Assembly: GCA_001643675.2 (NCBI GenBank) | Contig: LSRY02000004.1 | Coordinates: 1,674,001-1,738,000, forward strand | From: Monocercomonoides exilis PA203 | Lineage: Eukaryota > Protista > Preaxostyla | Reading direction: 5' to 3' | DNA length: 64,000 nucleotides | In this document: one piece after another, positions 1 through 13,348 of the stretch | How positions within the stretch are numbered: the stretch's first letter is position 1 | Layout: every line of letters starts with the position of its first letter | Program-made: the position numbers and the translations under genes | Notes under the pieces: model-generated | Databases searched by the model: none | Told to the model about the DNA's origin: nothing | Seen by the model: only the letters and a program-made list of their open reading frames with translations

Positions 1-49
1 TTCACTATCATCAAACACTTCGTTTTCTTCTCCCACTTCATCTGATGAA

Positions 50-3000
50 ATGTCTTCTAATTCGCAACCACAATTTTGTGATAATCCATCTGAATGCATC
101 AACTTCTTTATCAAAGCATTCTCAGAAGCCATCATTGACTGTCTGATGCAATCTCGCTCTGTTGTTTCAGTGGTAGAGACTGTGATTGAGAAATGGAGAG
201 TGAAATCTGATAGAACGAAAGAAGAGGCAGAAGAAGAAAGTGGAAGAGAAAGAATGCAAATACAGATTGAATCTCCAATTGAAGAGCAGAAAAGTTCCGT
301 TGCAAACACTCACGAATCGCCTGAAAGAAACGAAGAGACATCGCCTTTTAATACAATTGAACGCTGGCCGAAGGAAACAGAGACAATTTCATCTAAAAGA
401 GAAAACAATCAAAAAACAAACAGAACAAATTCGAATTACTGTGATGCTGCCGCAAACACTGAAAATGCAGATAAAACCACTCTTATTGAAGAAGAATCCC
501 AGACTGAAGAAGTTGTGCAGAAAGTGTATAAAGCAACCGAAATGGAAAATAACAAGAATTCCTTTGATGAAGAAAAAGTGAAGACAATTAAAAAACTACT
601 TGATGAGTTTAAAGAAACAATAAGACACATTTTGCATAGTAAAAAAGGATCTAAATTATCGAATCGCAAAAAGAAAATGCAAAATTCAAACTTTTCATTT
701 TTGGGAATTGTTGATGAAAAACAGAAAATGGGAGAATTTGAAGATGGCTACAAAGAAGAAAGAGATGGAGAAGAAAAAGAAGAAGAAGAAGAAGAATTTG
801 ACGATGAAGACGATGATGATGAAATGAAGCAAATCTACAAGCAACTTGAATTAGAAAGAGACTTTGACTTTCAAAATGGCTGTGATGAAGGTGATATTCC
901 TGAAGATGCAAAGGAGCTTGTTCAGCAAGTACACAAGCTCTCATTACAATCAACTTCTCTTTTGGATATCATTGAGCACATTAAAGACATCATCGAGAAA
1001 CTAGCAAAGGAATTTCACGATGGTGAGGAGGAAAGCGATGATTTTGATGAACAGAATTTGATTGAACCAGAAGGTTCTTCGGCTTCTCTTGAGGATTTAT
1101 CAGAGCTTTCTCCACAAATTGTGTCTCATTCATCTATTTTACGTGGATTATCATTAATCATCTCTGAGTTTGAGAGCAGCTCAAACTGGCGAAGTGAAAT
1201 AGAGAATTGCAATCCTCATTTCACTGTAAAGCACAAGAAAATGGAAGAAAACACGGAAAGTGAAGAATTTAAACTGGAATATGAGAAAGAAGAAGAAGAA
1301 GAAGAGGTTACAACTCCAATTGATAGCCTTGAGGAATACTCATTTCATATTAATGGAATAACTACTCCTACTGCAGAAATGGACAAAACAGAGAAAGAAT
1401 CCGAAGCAGAGGCAGAGACAGAGGCAAGCGACTCAAAAGAAGCTGACAGCTCAAGTGAACGTGCTGTGAAGGCACAAGAGCTGCTGAAGAAGATCCACGA
1501 AAAGGACGAAATCATCGAGCAGAAGGAGGAAGAGATAAAACATCTGAAGCAAGTGATGCAGAGCCTACAAAGAAACCACAAAAGGCAAGTTGAGAATTTC
1601 ACGAAAGAGAAAGAAAATTTCGAAAAGAAGGTGAATTTGATGAAGGAAGCGCTGGATGCAGAGAAGAAAAAGCAGGAAAAGATAAACAAACAACATATGT
1701 TGCAGGCTGAAAAAGTGGAGAAAGAGAAAGAGCGAATTCAATCTGTGATAAGAGAGCTTGATGAAAGAAACAAAAAGCAGATCGCAAACAGTAAAGAATT
1801 ACAAGACACAATCGAGGCATTGCAAGAAGAAGTGAGAAACGAGCAGAAGAAGAGAGAAGTTTTGAGGCAGCAAAAATTAGCGACTGAAAAGATGGCAAAG
1901 GAAGATTTGTGTTTGTATTTCTTGATCCGCCAGGAACAGTCAGCGCTTCTTGAAGAGAGAGAAGAAGAGCTGAAGCAGCTGAAAATGCAAAACGATGAAT
2001 TGAGTGAGAATTTGAAGCACATTCGGAATGAATGTGAAGAGAAGCAAGAGATTATTCTGCAGCTGGAAGCGAAGATTAAAGAAAGTGAAGAAATGGTTGA
2101 AAAGGAGCTCGGAAACGAGAGAGAAGGGCTGCTGGGGCTGGCTGACAAAAGACTGGAAGAAGTGGAAGAATTCAAAAGAGCTGAAGAAAAAGCAAAAAAG
2201 GAAACAGAATTGATTAGAAAAGAATGTGAGAAGTGGAAAAGAGAGAACGAGAAGCTCAAAAGAGACGTTGAAAGAGCAATGAAACTCAACGATGACAAGC
2301 AGAAGGAGGTGGAAAAGAAGATACAGGAATACGAAAAGCTTAAAGGGGAATTGGAAACAAAAGAAAATGAATGCAAAGAATGGCAAAAGATGTGCGATGC
2401 AAAAAATGAGGATTTGAAAAGCAAGCAGAAGGAATACGACATGCTGAAGAGAGAAGGAGTGTGGAAGGAGAAAATGAAAGGAGAAAGAGAGAAAGATGTG
2501 GAAAGAATGAAAGCAGAAGTGGAGGAAAGGAAACGCGAATGCGAAGAAAAGCAAAAAGAAATAGAATCATTGGAAATTGAGTTGGAACAGAAAGAAGACG
2601 AAATCAGAAGCTTGAAAGGAGAAATAGCAGAGAAAGAAGAGGAAATAAACAAAATGAAAGAAGAATGTGAGAATTATGCAGAGCAAAAGACAAAAGCCGA
2701 AAGGGAGAAAGAAGCAATGATGATTGAATGCAACCAGATGCAAGTGAAAGTCGAAGAGTTCCAACAAGATGTCTGTGAGTTTGCGATGATGAGTGAAGAC
2801 TTGCTGAGTTATTCTGTTGTTAAGCAGAATGAGCTTGCTGAATTGCAGCAGAGGAATAGCCAAACAGAAGAAGAGCTGCTCAAGACAAGTAATGAACTGA
2901 GTTTGTGCATTGAAAAAATGGATGAGATGGAGCAGGAAGTTATTTCTGTGGGAGACGAGTGCGAAGAGCTGAGAGAACGGACAACAGCAGCAATTGATAA

Positions 3001-3326
3001 AATCACACTTTCAATGGAAAAACACAAGGCAGAAAATGCTCTTTCTGAAGAAGCTTTAAAGAGGGCAATTGAAGAGAATTCAAAATTAGTCGATGATGCA
3101 AACGAAAAAGAGCAAACAATTCAAGTGTGCATACTGCTTAATATTAGTTATTCAGTTTAATTTCACTTTTATTTATTTATTTATTTATTTATTTTAGTCT
3201 TTGCAGCAAACAATCCAACAAATGGAAGAAGAAATGGATTCTGCTCAAACAACTATCACCGATCTTAACGAAGCTCTTGCCGAATCTGTAAAGAAAAATT
3301 CGTTAAGATCTCCATTTTTTGAATGA
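50..3326 (+). CDS. Large acidic/E-K-rich coiled-coil protein (>1000 aa); 3' end ambiguous, may splice onto the downstream Tubby gene
   Basis: ORF 50-3160 has a heptad-like E/K-rich tract from about aa 470. Phase-0 intron 3125(GTGTGC)-3197(TTTTAG) continues the frame as SLQQTIQQMEEEMDSAQ...SPFFE* ending near 3326. Confidence 0.75.
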
Positions 3327-3410
3327 CAATAGAATTTTAATATTTTGAGTTCGAATTTTTGTTTTCAAAAAAATAGAAATATCACCCTTAATTACTTTTT
3401 TGTCAAACAG

Positions 3411-5486
3411 ATGGCAAGTTCAAATGTCTCTTCTGCGGCATTCGAACGTTTATGTCAAAGAAAAACAGCAATCCTTGAAAAAGAAGGTATTTTTGCACAT
3501 TTTTTTCGATGGAAACGGTTACAATTTTTTGCAGGTTTTGCATGTTCGACTGGAACTTATGCATCTCCACTTTTGGCGATGATAAAGCCAGCTTCATATG
3601 CTATGATGCAGCCGCTAACAGATGTTGTATCGCAAATATCTAAATTAGAAAGTCCATACACAACACTACGCCCTCCTCGCACTTCACAAGTTTTATCTTT
3701 TTCAAAAGTTCAGACCCATGGAAAGGAGGTATTTCTGTTTTTACCAAGTATATGACTAAAGACCTTCCTCTAATTTTTGTTTGATGCTTAGCACAAGTCC
3801 ATTAAACTGGAAATGTTTGCTATCAACATTGATTTCAAATTAATAAAGGTTATTTCTTTTAAGTGATGACGCTGCAGAAGAAGAATCAAGTGCATTATCA
3901 TCATTTATGCCTGTTCCTCAAATTGAATCAACGACATTGGTTCAAAAGGGACCGTATTCTGAAAAGAAATCTAAATTTACAATGCCTGATATTGATTTAT
4001 CTGATATTCAAAGTTTCATGATGAGGTATTTAACGCTTAAAAGAGTGATATTCACCTTTTTTTTAGACCTTTACCAAAAGGAATTATGCTAAGATGCCTT
4101 TTGATTCGCAAAAAAGAATTGTTCCCTCGATTCGAGTTGATGCTTGAGAAAGTTTGCAGGATTTTTCAAAACTTTCAGCTACAAATGCAATTTGTAATTT
4201 GTAATATTTTTAAACTTGATAGGAAAATCTATTTCTTGCTGGGTCAAAAAGGACAGGAGGAACTGATTATATTATCTCAACAAGTCCATCTGACATTTCA
4301 AAGACAAGTACTTCATATATTGGTTTGTTTGAATCCTCACAAGTTATAAAGAATCGCATGCTTTTTTTCATCTTTTTCTCGATTGCTGGCTCATTTTTTA
4401 TTCCTGCTGTTGTTGTTGATTTCAATGAATATTTTATTCTTCTTTAAATTTATATTTTTTCTGCTTTATTTACCATTTATTTAAAAACTCTTTTTTATTT
4501 GTGAAATCTGTAAACCTTCGAACTGCAACCTGTTATTTTTCTTTTTTTTTCTTTTTAATTTGTAGGAAAATTGAAAACGCCTCGAATGGGAGGCGATTAC
4601 ATGATACTTACAAGTGGAAGAAACCCAGTGGGAAAAGGAACAGAGATGATAGAAAATCCAATGCTGTTCAGAGAAGAACTTGGGATAATACACTTTGGAA
4701 ATGATGAATCAGGGCTCAGAGGGGTATGATGATTAGTTATTTAAATTATAACAACGAAAAAAGAAAAAAGAAAAGAAAAGAAAAAGAACGAAAAAGTTGA
4801 AATTATTTATTTGCTTCAAGAGACGGTTAATTTCTAAAAAGACTTTATTTTTATTAACATTATTCCCCTTTTAATCAAACATTTTTATTTTATAAAATTC
4901 TTCAAATTGTATTATGTATTTGCTTGTCTTATTCTTCAAATTTAGATGAATGTTATTGTTCCAACTGTGACAGACGATGGTGTGCGTTTCCCATCCCGCT
5001 CTGATTCAAAACGAGGCAGTTTGGAAGAGATGAGAGAAAAAGATGGTTTCACTATGAGCTTTATAAGCCGAAAACCAAACAAAGATCCAGGTCTGCTGTT
5101 GTAATTATGAAAAGCGTTTATTTTATTCAATTTATTTTTATTATTTGCTCAGCGACTAACAAATATCAAATGTCCTTCCATGGAAGGGCACGTTGCCCTT
5201 CAATCAAAAATCATCAGCTTATTATTGGCAATAATCCAAACCTTACTGACAGTTTTGCATTTTTAGCATTTCTTTGACTTGCATCAATCATCTATATTTC
5301 ATAATATTAATGTTTTTTGCTTTATTTGAAAAATGATATGTGTATTTTATTTAAATTACAGGAGAGGCAGCGACACTGTTTCAACTCGGAAAAATGGAAG
5401 AAAACAGATTCACTTGCGACTTCACCTTTCCTTTCTGTCCATTTCAAGCTTTTGCAATTGCACTTTCTATCTTTGATATCCGTTAG
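3411..5486 (+). CDS. Tubby-like protein (TULP family), multi-exon
   Basis: Manual splicing gives ...FMMRPLPKGIMLRCLLIRKKELFPRFELMLEK / ENLFLAGSKRTGGTDYIISTSPSDISKTSTSYIG / KLKTPRMGG...FREELGIIHF / MNVIVP...SRKPNKDP / YQMSFHGRARCPSIKNHQL / LFQLGKMEENRFTCDFTFPFCPFQAFAIALSIFDIR*. These match the Tubby motifs NYLISTDP, IGKLRSN, LNFHGRV..ASVKNFQ and QAFAIALSSFD. All junctions are GT-AG. Confidence 0.9.
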
Positions 5487-5940
5487 TTCATTCAATTTTC
5501 AGTTCAATTTTGTTATTAGGGTTCTTTTCTTTGTATTTCATCAATTGAATTACTCCCATCATGAATGATTATCTTCATATCATCTTCTGCTTTATCATTT
5601 TTGTTTCCAAAACTTTATTATTTTTTGATTGGCTTTGTTCATTTCAGATCATGTTGCAAACAAAAAAACAGAAATGTTCTGAGATTTTGTGAAGAAATAA
5701 GAATTTTTTATTATGTTTCGTTTTCTTAATGCTGAAGCAGACTACTTAAAATGAAATTTTTTAAAATTACAAATTTGAGTTAGACAGAAAGACGACATCT
5801 TAAATTGTTGTAAGAAATATCATGAAATTGTATCAACAATTACCCTAAATGCTGTTATTGAAATGTATGTTGAATGCTATTGTTCATCGTCTTCAAGAAA
5901 ATAATTTTTCGGCAGAGTTGCATCACAAGGCAGTTACATA

Positions 5941-8900
5941 TTAAAAGTATTTAAGGTCTGTAATCATCCCCGTCCCGCTTTCAGTCTTTCCGTGCCCATG
6001 TGGAAAGAATCGATCAAGCCAGAAATGGACGGATGTCGTATCAACATTCAAAGAGAGTTCTTCTTCATCTTCGCTGTCACAGTCAACTTTTAAATATTGA
6101 GTGGTTTTCAAATCTTTTTCGCTCATTCTTTTTTTGATCATTCGCTCGTTGTCCAAAATCTCTTTAAGGAAAGAAGGAATGCCTTCATCATCTTCATTGC
6201 TGCTTTCATCTTTCAGTGTCTCGGGCTTATCTTCCATTAATCTTTCAGAATTATCTATCTTTCTTTTATTTTCGTAATAATCGCACGGAACATCTCTTTC
6301 AGATCGTTGTCTGCTCTTATTAAAATCCTTCTCATCATTTCTCTGAATGAAATTTCTCCATTTCCAGTTTTTGTTAACGAACAGCTCGCGTTTTCTCTCC
6401 ACTTCTTCCCAAATCGACACTCCTCCACAAGAGCAGCTGCAACATTCACTGGTATCAGCACATTCTTTGTGCTTGAACTTTTCATTCAATTCTTTTTCTA
6501 TTGTTCCTTTACTGTTTGAATCTTGTCGAATGCTGCTTTTGTTTAAATTAATGTCTCCTCCAACTTTTGAAACAGAGAAAAAGTCGCAAAATCTTCCAGA
6601 AAGTAAGTGCCGTCGAAGAAAGAGCAGAAATGCCACGTTGTACTCAAATTCATCATCGTTTTGTGAAATAATCTCAAACAGGCAATCCAGAAATATTATG
6701 AACAACACAAAACAGGAATCTATGCTGTGCTCACACGGAATTACAGACGTTTCAAACATCTCTTCATTTACAGGGACTTCATCTGGATTTCTTAATGAGT
6801 TTATAGTCAATACAATTTTTGTATTTTCACGAGAATCACTTTCTTTCTTTTGAATAGCTTTGTAGGATGATGTTTCAGTGTCAAATGTTCTTTTAATGCT
6901 GCTTGATTGTTCTTTTGCAAGTGAACTTTTCGCTTCTTCAACTTTCTTCCTGCTCTCTTCTTCATCAGCTTCAATAATCTCATAGGAATGCTCTTTGGGT
7001 TCAATAACGCAACTTCCCGCATCGTTTTTCTCCAATTTCTGTTTTGCATGTCCTCTGTAACACCACTCGGTTTGGATAATAATTCTCATTCCGTCAATTG
7101 TTCGTGCTTTCCTCCAAAGCAATATTTGCATCAGAGATATCATTACACTGACAAAATGAGCAGGAAATAGAAGAGATGAAAAACCAGCAACGCAGAATGA
7201 TTCGTATGTGTTTCTCCAAATACTCATATCAGAATCATTTTTGTTGGTTATCGCATTCGAAGAGGAAGATGATATAAGCATTGTTTTTGTACGTTCAAGC
7301 TTGTTTGATTCATTATCTGTTTCAATCTCTTCATCTTTCTGCTTTCTGAATGCACCGCTTAAAACAACATCTTCTTCAAAATGGCATGAATCTTCGTCTT
7401 CTTCAAAACTACTTGCTAAGCTTTCATGTTGAATTTCGCTTCGTCTATTATCTTCAATTTCCTCATTATTCCTTTCCTTTGATTCGACTTTATTCGTCCA
7501 ATTGCCTGTATCTGCTTCTCTGTTCTGTTTATCTCTTGTCAATCCTTTTCTGAGCATTATTTCTGAGCTGACCCGTTCCACCTCCTTAGCACAATCGCTC
7601 GCAGCAGCCAAGATCTTCGTCTCGATGCTGAATAGCCTCCTTAATGCACGTGGGAAGGAGCCAATTGGCATTCCCATTGGAATCACATCATCCAGAGTAG
7701 CATCAGAAATGTAGTTGTTCAGCACTAATTCTGATGGCATAGTAAATACTCCACTCTCAACTCCCATGACATACACACCCACTCGCCTTAAAGTGCTGAC
7801 GATAGATCGCACCGATGGAAATTCCATCTTCTTCATCACAGTTCCTTTGAGCCAGTTTCCAAAGCCACGTCGTATATCAAGTTCTCCTTTTTTCTCATAT
7901 ATGCTCCTTCTTGTTAAGCTTTCCGAAAGTCTTTGGATTGCAACACTTTTTCTTGATCCAAAATTATTTCTCTTTTTTATCTTTTTGAAATTAACTTTAT
8001 CATTACTTTTCCTTTTGAGGTTATTTGAAGAATGAGATTTTTTTTTCTCGAAATCTTTGCGTTTTTTCTTAACAAAGCTTCCTTTATCGCTCGCTGAATT
8101 ACTTAACGATTCATCAAAAAATTCAATTTCTCCGTGATTCTCATAGCCATAGTTGTCTTTCCCAACGACTGCCCATCTTTTGCTTCCGCCTCTTCCTCCT
8201 TCATTCTCCATTTGCTTTGCCTCTTTCGAGTCTCTGTCGTTTCCGCTTCCGTTCTTTTCGGCCATAGCATTGTCATCATCTGCAAAATCCACCCAGAACA
8301 TCTTCTTTCTCTGCTTTCTCTCTTCTTTCTCTTTGTCTTCCATTTCCTCTCTGCGATCGAGAACATACTCTCCAAATGAATAATCGCTGAACCTTCCATA
8401 TGCAAAATGATCATAGAGCTCAGCATGTACTGTTCCAATGCTAAATCCCTTTTCGCTCTTCTCTTTCCACCTCGCTATAATGTGATCAATCTCAGCACCA
8501 GTTCCTTTTGTCATCACTTTCATGTCCTCCTCTGCAAATACCCTCTGCCACAGTTCGTTGAGCGAGCTCAAACTTGTCGATTTTGACCTGTTAACATATT
8601 TCTTTTGAGGCAATTGACTTTGGATTCCCAAACTGGCGCTGTCCAATGTGCTTGTATTCTTTTCATTTGTATTGTGCTCAGATTCTATTTGTGATATAGT
8701 TGTGAAGCTACGATCTCTGTGTCCTGCTTTAATTTTCGATAAAGCACCTCTGAAGCCAGTAGAGTTCGTATCAGCAGTCGGCAGAGTGTTCTCAGTTGAT
8801 TTGTTAGTTTGAAAAGTTTGCATTCGACTATTCAATCGAATAATCTCTTGTTCGTTATTTTTCCAGCCCAAATTTCTCAAAAGGCCTTCAATCATAAAAA

Positions 8901-11900
8901 CATTCCATCCGCTTCTTCTCTTCAGAAACCCTCGACGCTTTTCTTCTTTGTTAAGTAAATCAAATAGTCTGACTTTTTTGCATGCATTCAGCTCTTTACC
9001 GCAAATTTTGATTTGAGATGAAGCAGAAGCGCTTGCTTGATGAGATAAAGGAAGAATTGTCATTGCTTCAGAGCTCCTTGTTATTGCTTCCTCATGTCCG
9101 ACGTTATTTGATCCCCACAGCATCTCCTTTTCTAAAAATTCTGCTTTTTCTTTCGATCTCTTCATAGCTTTATTTCGAGCTTCAGTTTCTTCTTGCTCCT
9201 TTCTCTTCTCCTCTATTATCTCTGACCTTCTCTTAGCCATCTTGGTCAGACACGCCATGTCCATAATATTCTCCATCTCTTCGTCAGCCGACAAACCAAT
9301 GATTTTTCCAATTGTTTTGTCTCGTTTGCAGAGCCGGCTTGCGTATCCTTGTGCCACTCGAAACCCTTCTTCTTCTGCTTCTCTAAGCATCCCTGCAATC
9401 CGCTGGCTGATCTTAGTCAGATCGTGCCATTCTTCTTTGCTTCCTTCTCCTGTTCTGTTCTCTTCATATCTCATAATCTCTCTCTCAATTTCACTTTCTT
9501 CGCTTTCAATCCCATCGTGTTCGGACTGATCTGAAGCATCTTCATCGCCATCTGATCCTTCATCACTGTTATTGCTGAAATTACCTTCTTCCTCGTATTC
9601 CTGTATGTTGCCGCTGTAAGCTCCTCCAAATTTGGCTGTATCTTGAAAATTGAAAGGTTTTATTTGTACCATATTTCTTTTGTCCCAATCATTCTCAATT
9701 AAATATTCAATGTTCCCTCCATTGGTGCCCGTATTCCTTTCTAATGCTTTTATAACTGTTCCTTCAGCTCGCTCTGCATACGGAGCGACAACTCCAGTTG
9801 ATTGTCTTTCTCCTCTCAAAATTTTTTCTCTTCGCTTCTTTTTCTCTTCCAATCGCTTCTTTTCTTCTCTTTCTCGAATACCCTTCTCCATTATCATCTC
9901 TCCCCAGTTGCTTCTGATTTGTACTTCTTCATCTTTCAGAGTGCAGTGCACGTCCCACGAAACTTCATCGTTGATCACATTACTTGCAATCACAGTCGCT
10001 CGTGCTTTGTTTTCTAATTGTTTGATTCCGTTTAGCTCTTCTTTCCATACAATTTCTTTGTTTTCCTTGTCTCTCAATGCATCGTTGGAAAGCTCACAAT
10101 TTGAAACGAAATGTTCGCCGCCCTCGTTCAAATGCTTTTCTTCTTCAATTTCTTCTTCTTCAATTTCTTCTTCTTCAATGATATTGTTTTCAACTTCAAG
10201 ACTAAAGTTGTACATGAAATCATTATTTTGTACCAAAAAGTCATCTTCTTCCACATTCCCTTCGAACATCTGCTCGTATTCCCATTCAAGATCGTCCATG
10301 CGCCTTTCTTTTTCTCTGCAAATTTTCTCTCTTTCTTCCTGCCATCTTATTCTCTCTTCCTTTCGCTTCTCAAACTCCAGCTGTTCCTCTTCTTCGCCAT
10401 CCATCTTCACAACATCAAACCCGTTTGCCTCTTCATCCATGCTATCATCGCTCAGACTGACAACATCGCTTTCATCGTTCTCTTCACTCCATTCTCCTCT
10501 TTCATCTTCATTTTCGCTGAATAATTCATCAATCGACTCTTTTCGTTTTCTTGTTTCTCTCCTTTCGTATTTTGCTAAATGTGTAATTTCATCAATAATG
10601 TGATGGCCCTCATCTTCTTTATTTCGATTATTTCGTGATTCGTTTTTTTCTTTATTGCTTTCTTCTTCCTCGTCTCCACTGGATTCATTTGTATCATCAT
10701 TATCACTCTCAAGCTCTCCGTTCGTCTCAAGCTTTTCATCGCTGCTATCTCTCTCAAATGTTTTCTCAACAACAAAAGCGTTTTTCTGTGTTCTCTCTCC
10801 GAATCTCAACATCCACAAACTAACTTCCCCTCTCCTTTTCTCGCGTATCCACTGAAGCTCCCTCTCTTTCTCTCTTCTTCTCTCTTCTTCTTCTTCCTCT
10901 TTGCTGTGCTTCTCCTTTTCTTTCGATTCATCTGCTTTCTTTCCTCTTCGCCTTCTCCCGCGCGCAGCACGCGCATTAATCTGCTCTTGCAACGACAAGT
11001 TTCTGTCTTCTCTGTCGCACTTCAGCTTCGCCTCTCTCTCAGCACAAGAAAGCATTCGCTCCTTATTGATTGAGTAATCCATTCTTCTCTGCTTTTCCGT
11101 ATCAGCCACATGCTCGTCATCATCGATCTCTGTTGAATCAAATCCGTTGTTATCTGTTTTGAAGTCACTTGATTTCTTCTCTCCATTTTCACCTGCATTT
11201 TCTTTGTTTCCAAACAATATTCTTGTAATAAGTGTTTCATCATCCCTCTCGTAATCGCTTTCGTTTCTGCTTCTTTGCCTTGAGCTCGGATGGCTAAACC
11301 CTTCAGCTCTTTTGCTTTCTTCGCAAATCATTCCACTCCAGTAGCCAACACATATAGTACATCCGTTGTTGTCAATAAAGTTCACCACTGGCATTATCAT
11401 TGGAGGCTCTTCATTGTCCTGTTTATTGTGGTTCAGTATCTCGCACTTCTTCTGATTTCTTCTTGCACCGTTTCCGCTTTTTTCCTGTCCTGCTCCCATA
11501 AATTTCAGTCCTGAATTTGCTGTTCCTGCGACAAGCTCAAATAACCCTTTGAGTCCGACCAACTCCTCAAAAAAATCTCTTTGACTTGAACTGTCGACAG
11601 TCGACTTTTCAGTAAGTGCATCAGAAGAAGTCGCAGATGTATCTGCATTGGATGTTGTCTTTAATGAAAGAGGATTCATGATGTGAGAGCCAGAAGAAGC
11701 AGATGTCGGGGCTTGTTCACTTTCTTGGATTGTGACGTTTTCAGTTTTGCTGTGTTCAGTAATGCATCTCTTTTCTTGAGACATTCCGCCAAAGCATCCA
11801 AATCTCCACCTTTGCTGTTCAATCCATCGTGTTATCATTACGTCTTTCCAGAAAAAAGGCACAACAATTAATTCTGGCAAAAATGTGCAGAGCTTTTTCC

Positions 11901-12830
11901 CAGCATTAACATTGGAAATTCTCCATTTTCTTTTACTAACTTTCAAAGAAATGTCAATATGCCTATCGTTCATCCATTTTTTATAAAGATGAAATTCACA
12001 TTCCATTGTGCATTTCTTTAAATAATGTGCCGTTCTTTTCGCATGCTCTCTTTTGTCATTTTTTTGTTTTTCTGTTTTTTCATCATTTTTTATAAAAATT
12101 GAATGATTGTTCTTTTTTTCTTGATTATTCAAGTGCTTTGCCCCAATGCCTTTTTGGCCAAATTCAATTTTCAATTGTCTGCTATCAAGAAGTGGAGCTC
12201 CCCTCCAATTTGCTTTCTTTGTAAATACTTTATTCAGGCTGCAACAAAATGATTTGACAGCATCAACATTTATAAGCCCAAATCTAAAAATGATTTTGAG
12301 AATATAATGAATAAATAGAATGAAACGATATTATAATGCAAAATAGAATTATTTCATTGGATTTGTTAAATCATTAATTCTCAATATAAATTCAAACCGA
12401 TATTGCCTCATGTCCTTCTGTACAATTCGAAGCTCATGAGAACAATTTTGTGGGAAAAACCCTCCGTTTTCACAAACAAAAAGCGACAAAATTGAGAAAA
12501 GATGGATTCTTATTGGGCTCTCTCCATAATGCATTTGAAAAGGTATAACTCGAAGCAATCCACCATATGCCTGTACGAAAGAAAAAATCACTATTTAATG
12601 GAACATATTTTTTTAAGTTCATTTGCAAACAAATTCATTTGACGTTGAAGGAACAAACAAAAGCCTGTAATTTGATAAAAATAATTTCCCAGCAACGAAT
12701 GCAAAGTGGCTATAGCATCCAATTCCATGAGTAGGCTCAATTAAAATTTCTCCATTTATTAAATGAGGTTTTTGGGTCTTTGCATTCATTTGGTGATATG
12801 ACCCTAATTTACCAAATGAAGCATATGACT
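5941..12830 (-). CDS. Myotubularin-related protein (PH-GRAM plus MTM phosphatase fold) with very large low-complexity insertions; probably catalytically inactive
   Basis: 2077-aa ORF contains KWRISNVNAGKKLCTFLPELIVVP, ISLMQILLWRKARTIDGMRIIIQTEWCYRGH and IIFLDCLFEIISQNDDEFEYN...SGRFCDF (myotubularin blocks). An upstream exon at ~12640-12770 reads LINGE...GKLFLSNYRLLFVP (GRAM-like). The true start is uncertain and may lie near 13.2 kb. Confidence 0.85.
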
Positions 12831-13348
12831 ATGGGTGAAAATCAGAATTGGAAAAAAATCGAAAATTCAAAAAACGAATATGGAAAGAATATTATAATGA
12901 TGTTATAAAGAAAAGTGTCAAAAAGTTTTCCAAACAAAAAACCTCAAACACTTTTTTTTTCTCCACAGATAATATATGTGGTAATGTTTTTGTTTGCATA
13001 TGTTCTGTTGAGAATGATTTGTAATGTCAGTCTCATCGCATTGTCTGCTGGAACGATTAACCTGCACACTTTCTGTCCCACCTGGAAAAATGAGGAACAA
13101 AATCCTTTGATGGAAGTCGAAAAATTGAGAGTTATTCATCTGTGGCAAAATTTTTTGCTTTATGAATTTTGTTCCATTCATCTCTTACAAATATTTTTCT
13201 CAATTTTTGAATTTTTCTGTAATAATTTGCATTGTTTCGGTTGATTTACAATGAAACGATTGTAGTTAAAGTTTGGAACAATTCTCAGTTTTTTTCATAA
13301 TTGCTAAAATTTTACCCCATCTGTTTATAATGTACCATTAATGCAACA

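Noticed and set aside
1345-3027. Long antisense F/S/L-rich ORFs (similar ones at 9650-10603, 27742-31386 and 54898-55566)
   Set aside because: Shadow frames of purine-rich coding strands with no independent motifs.
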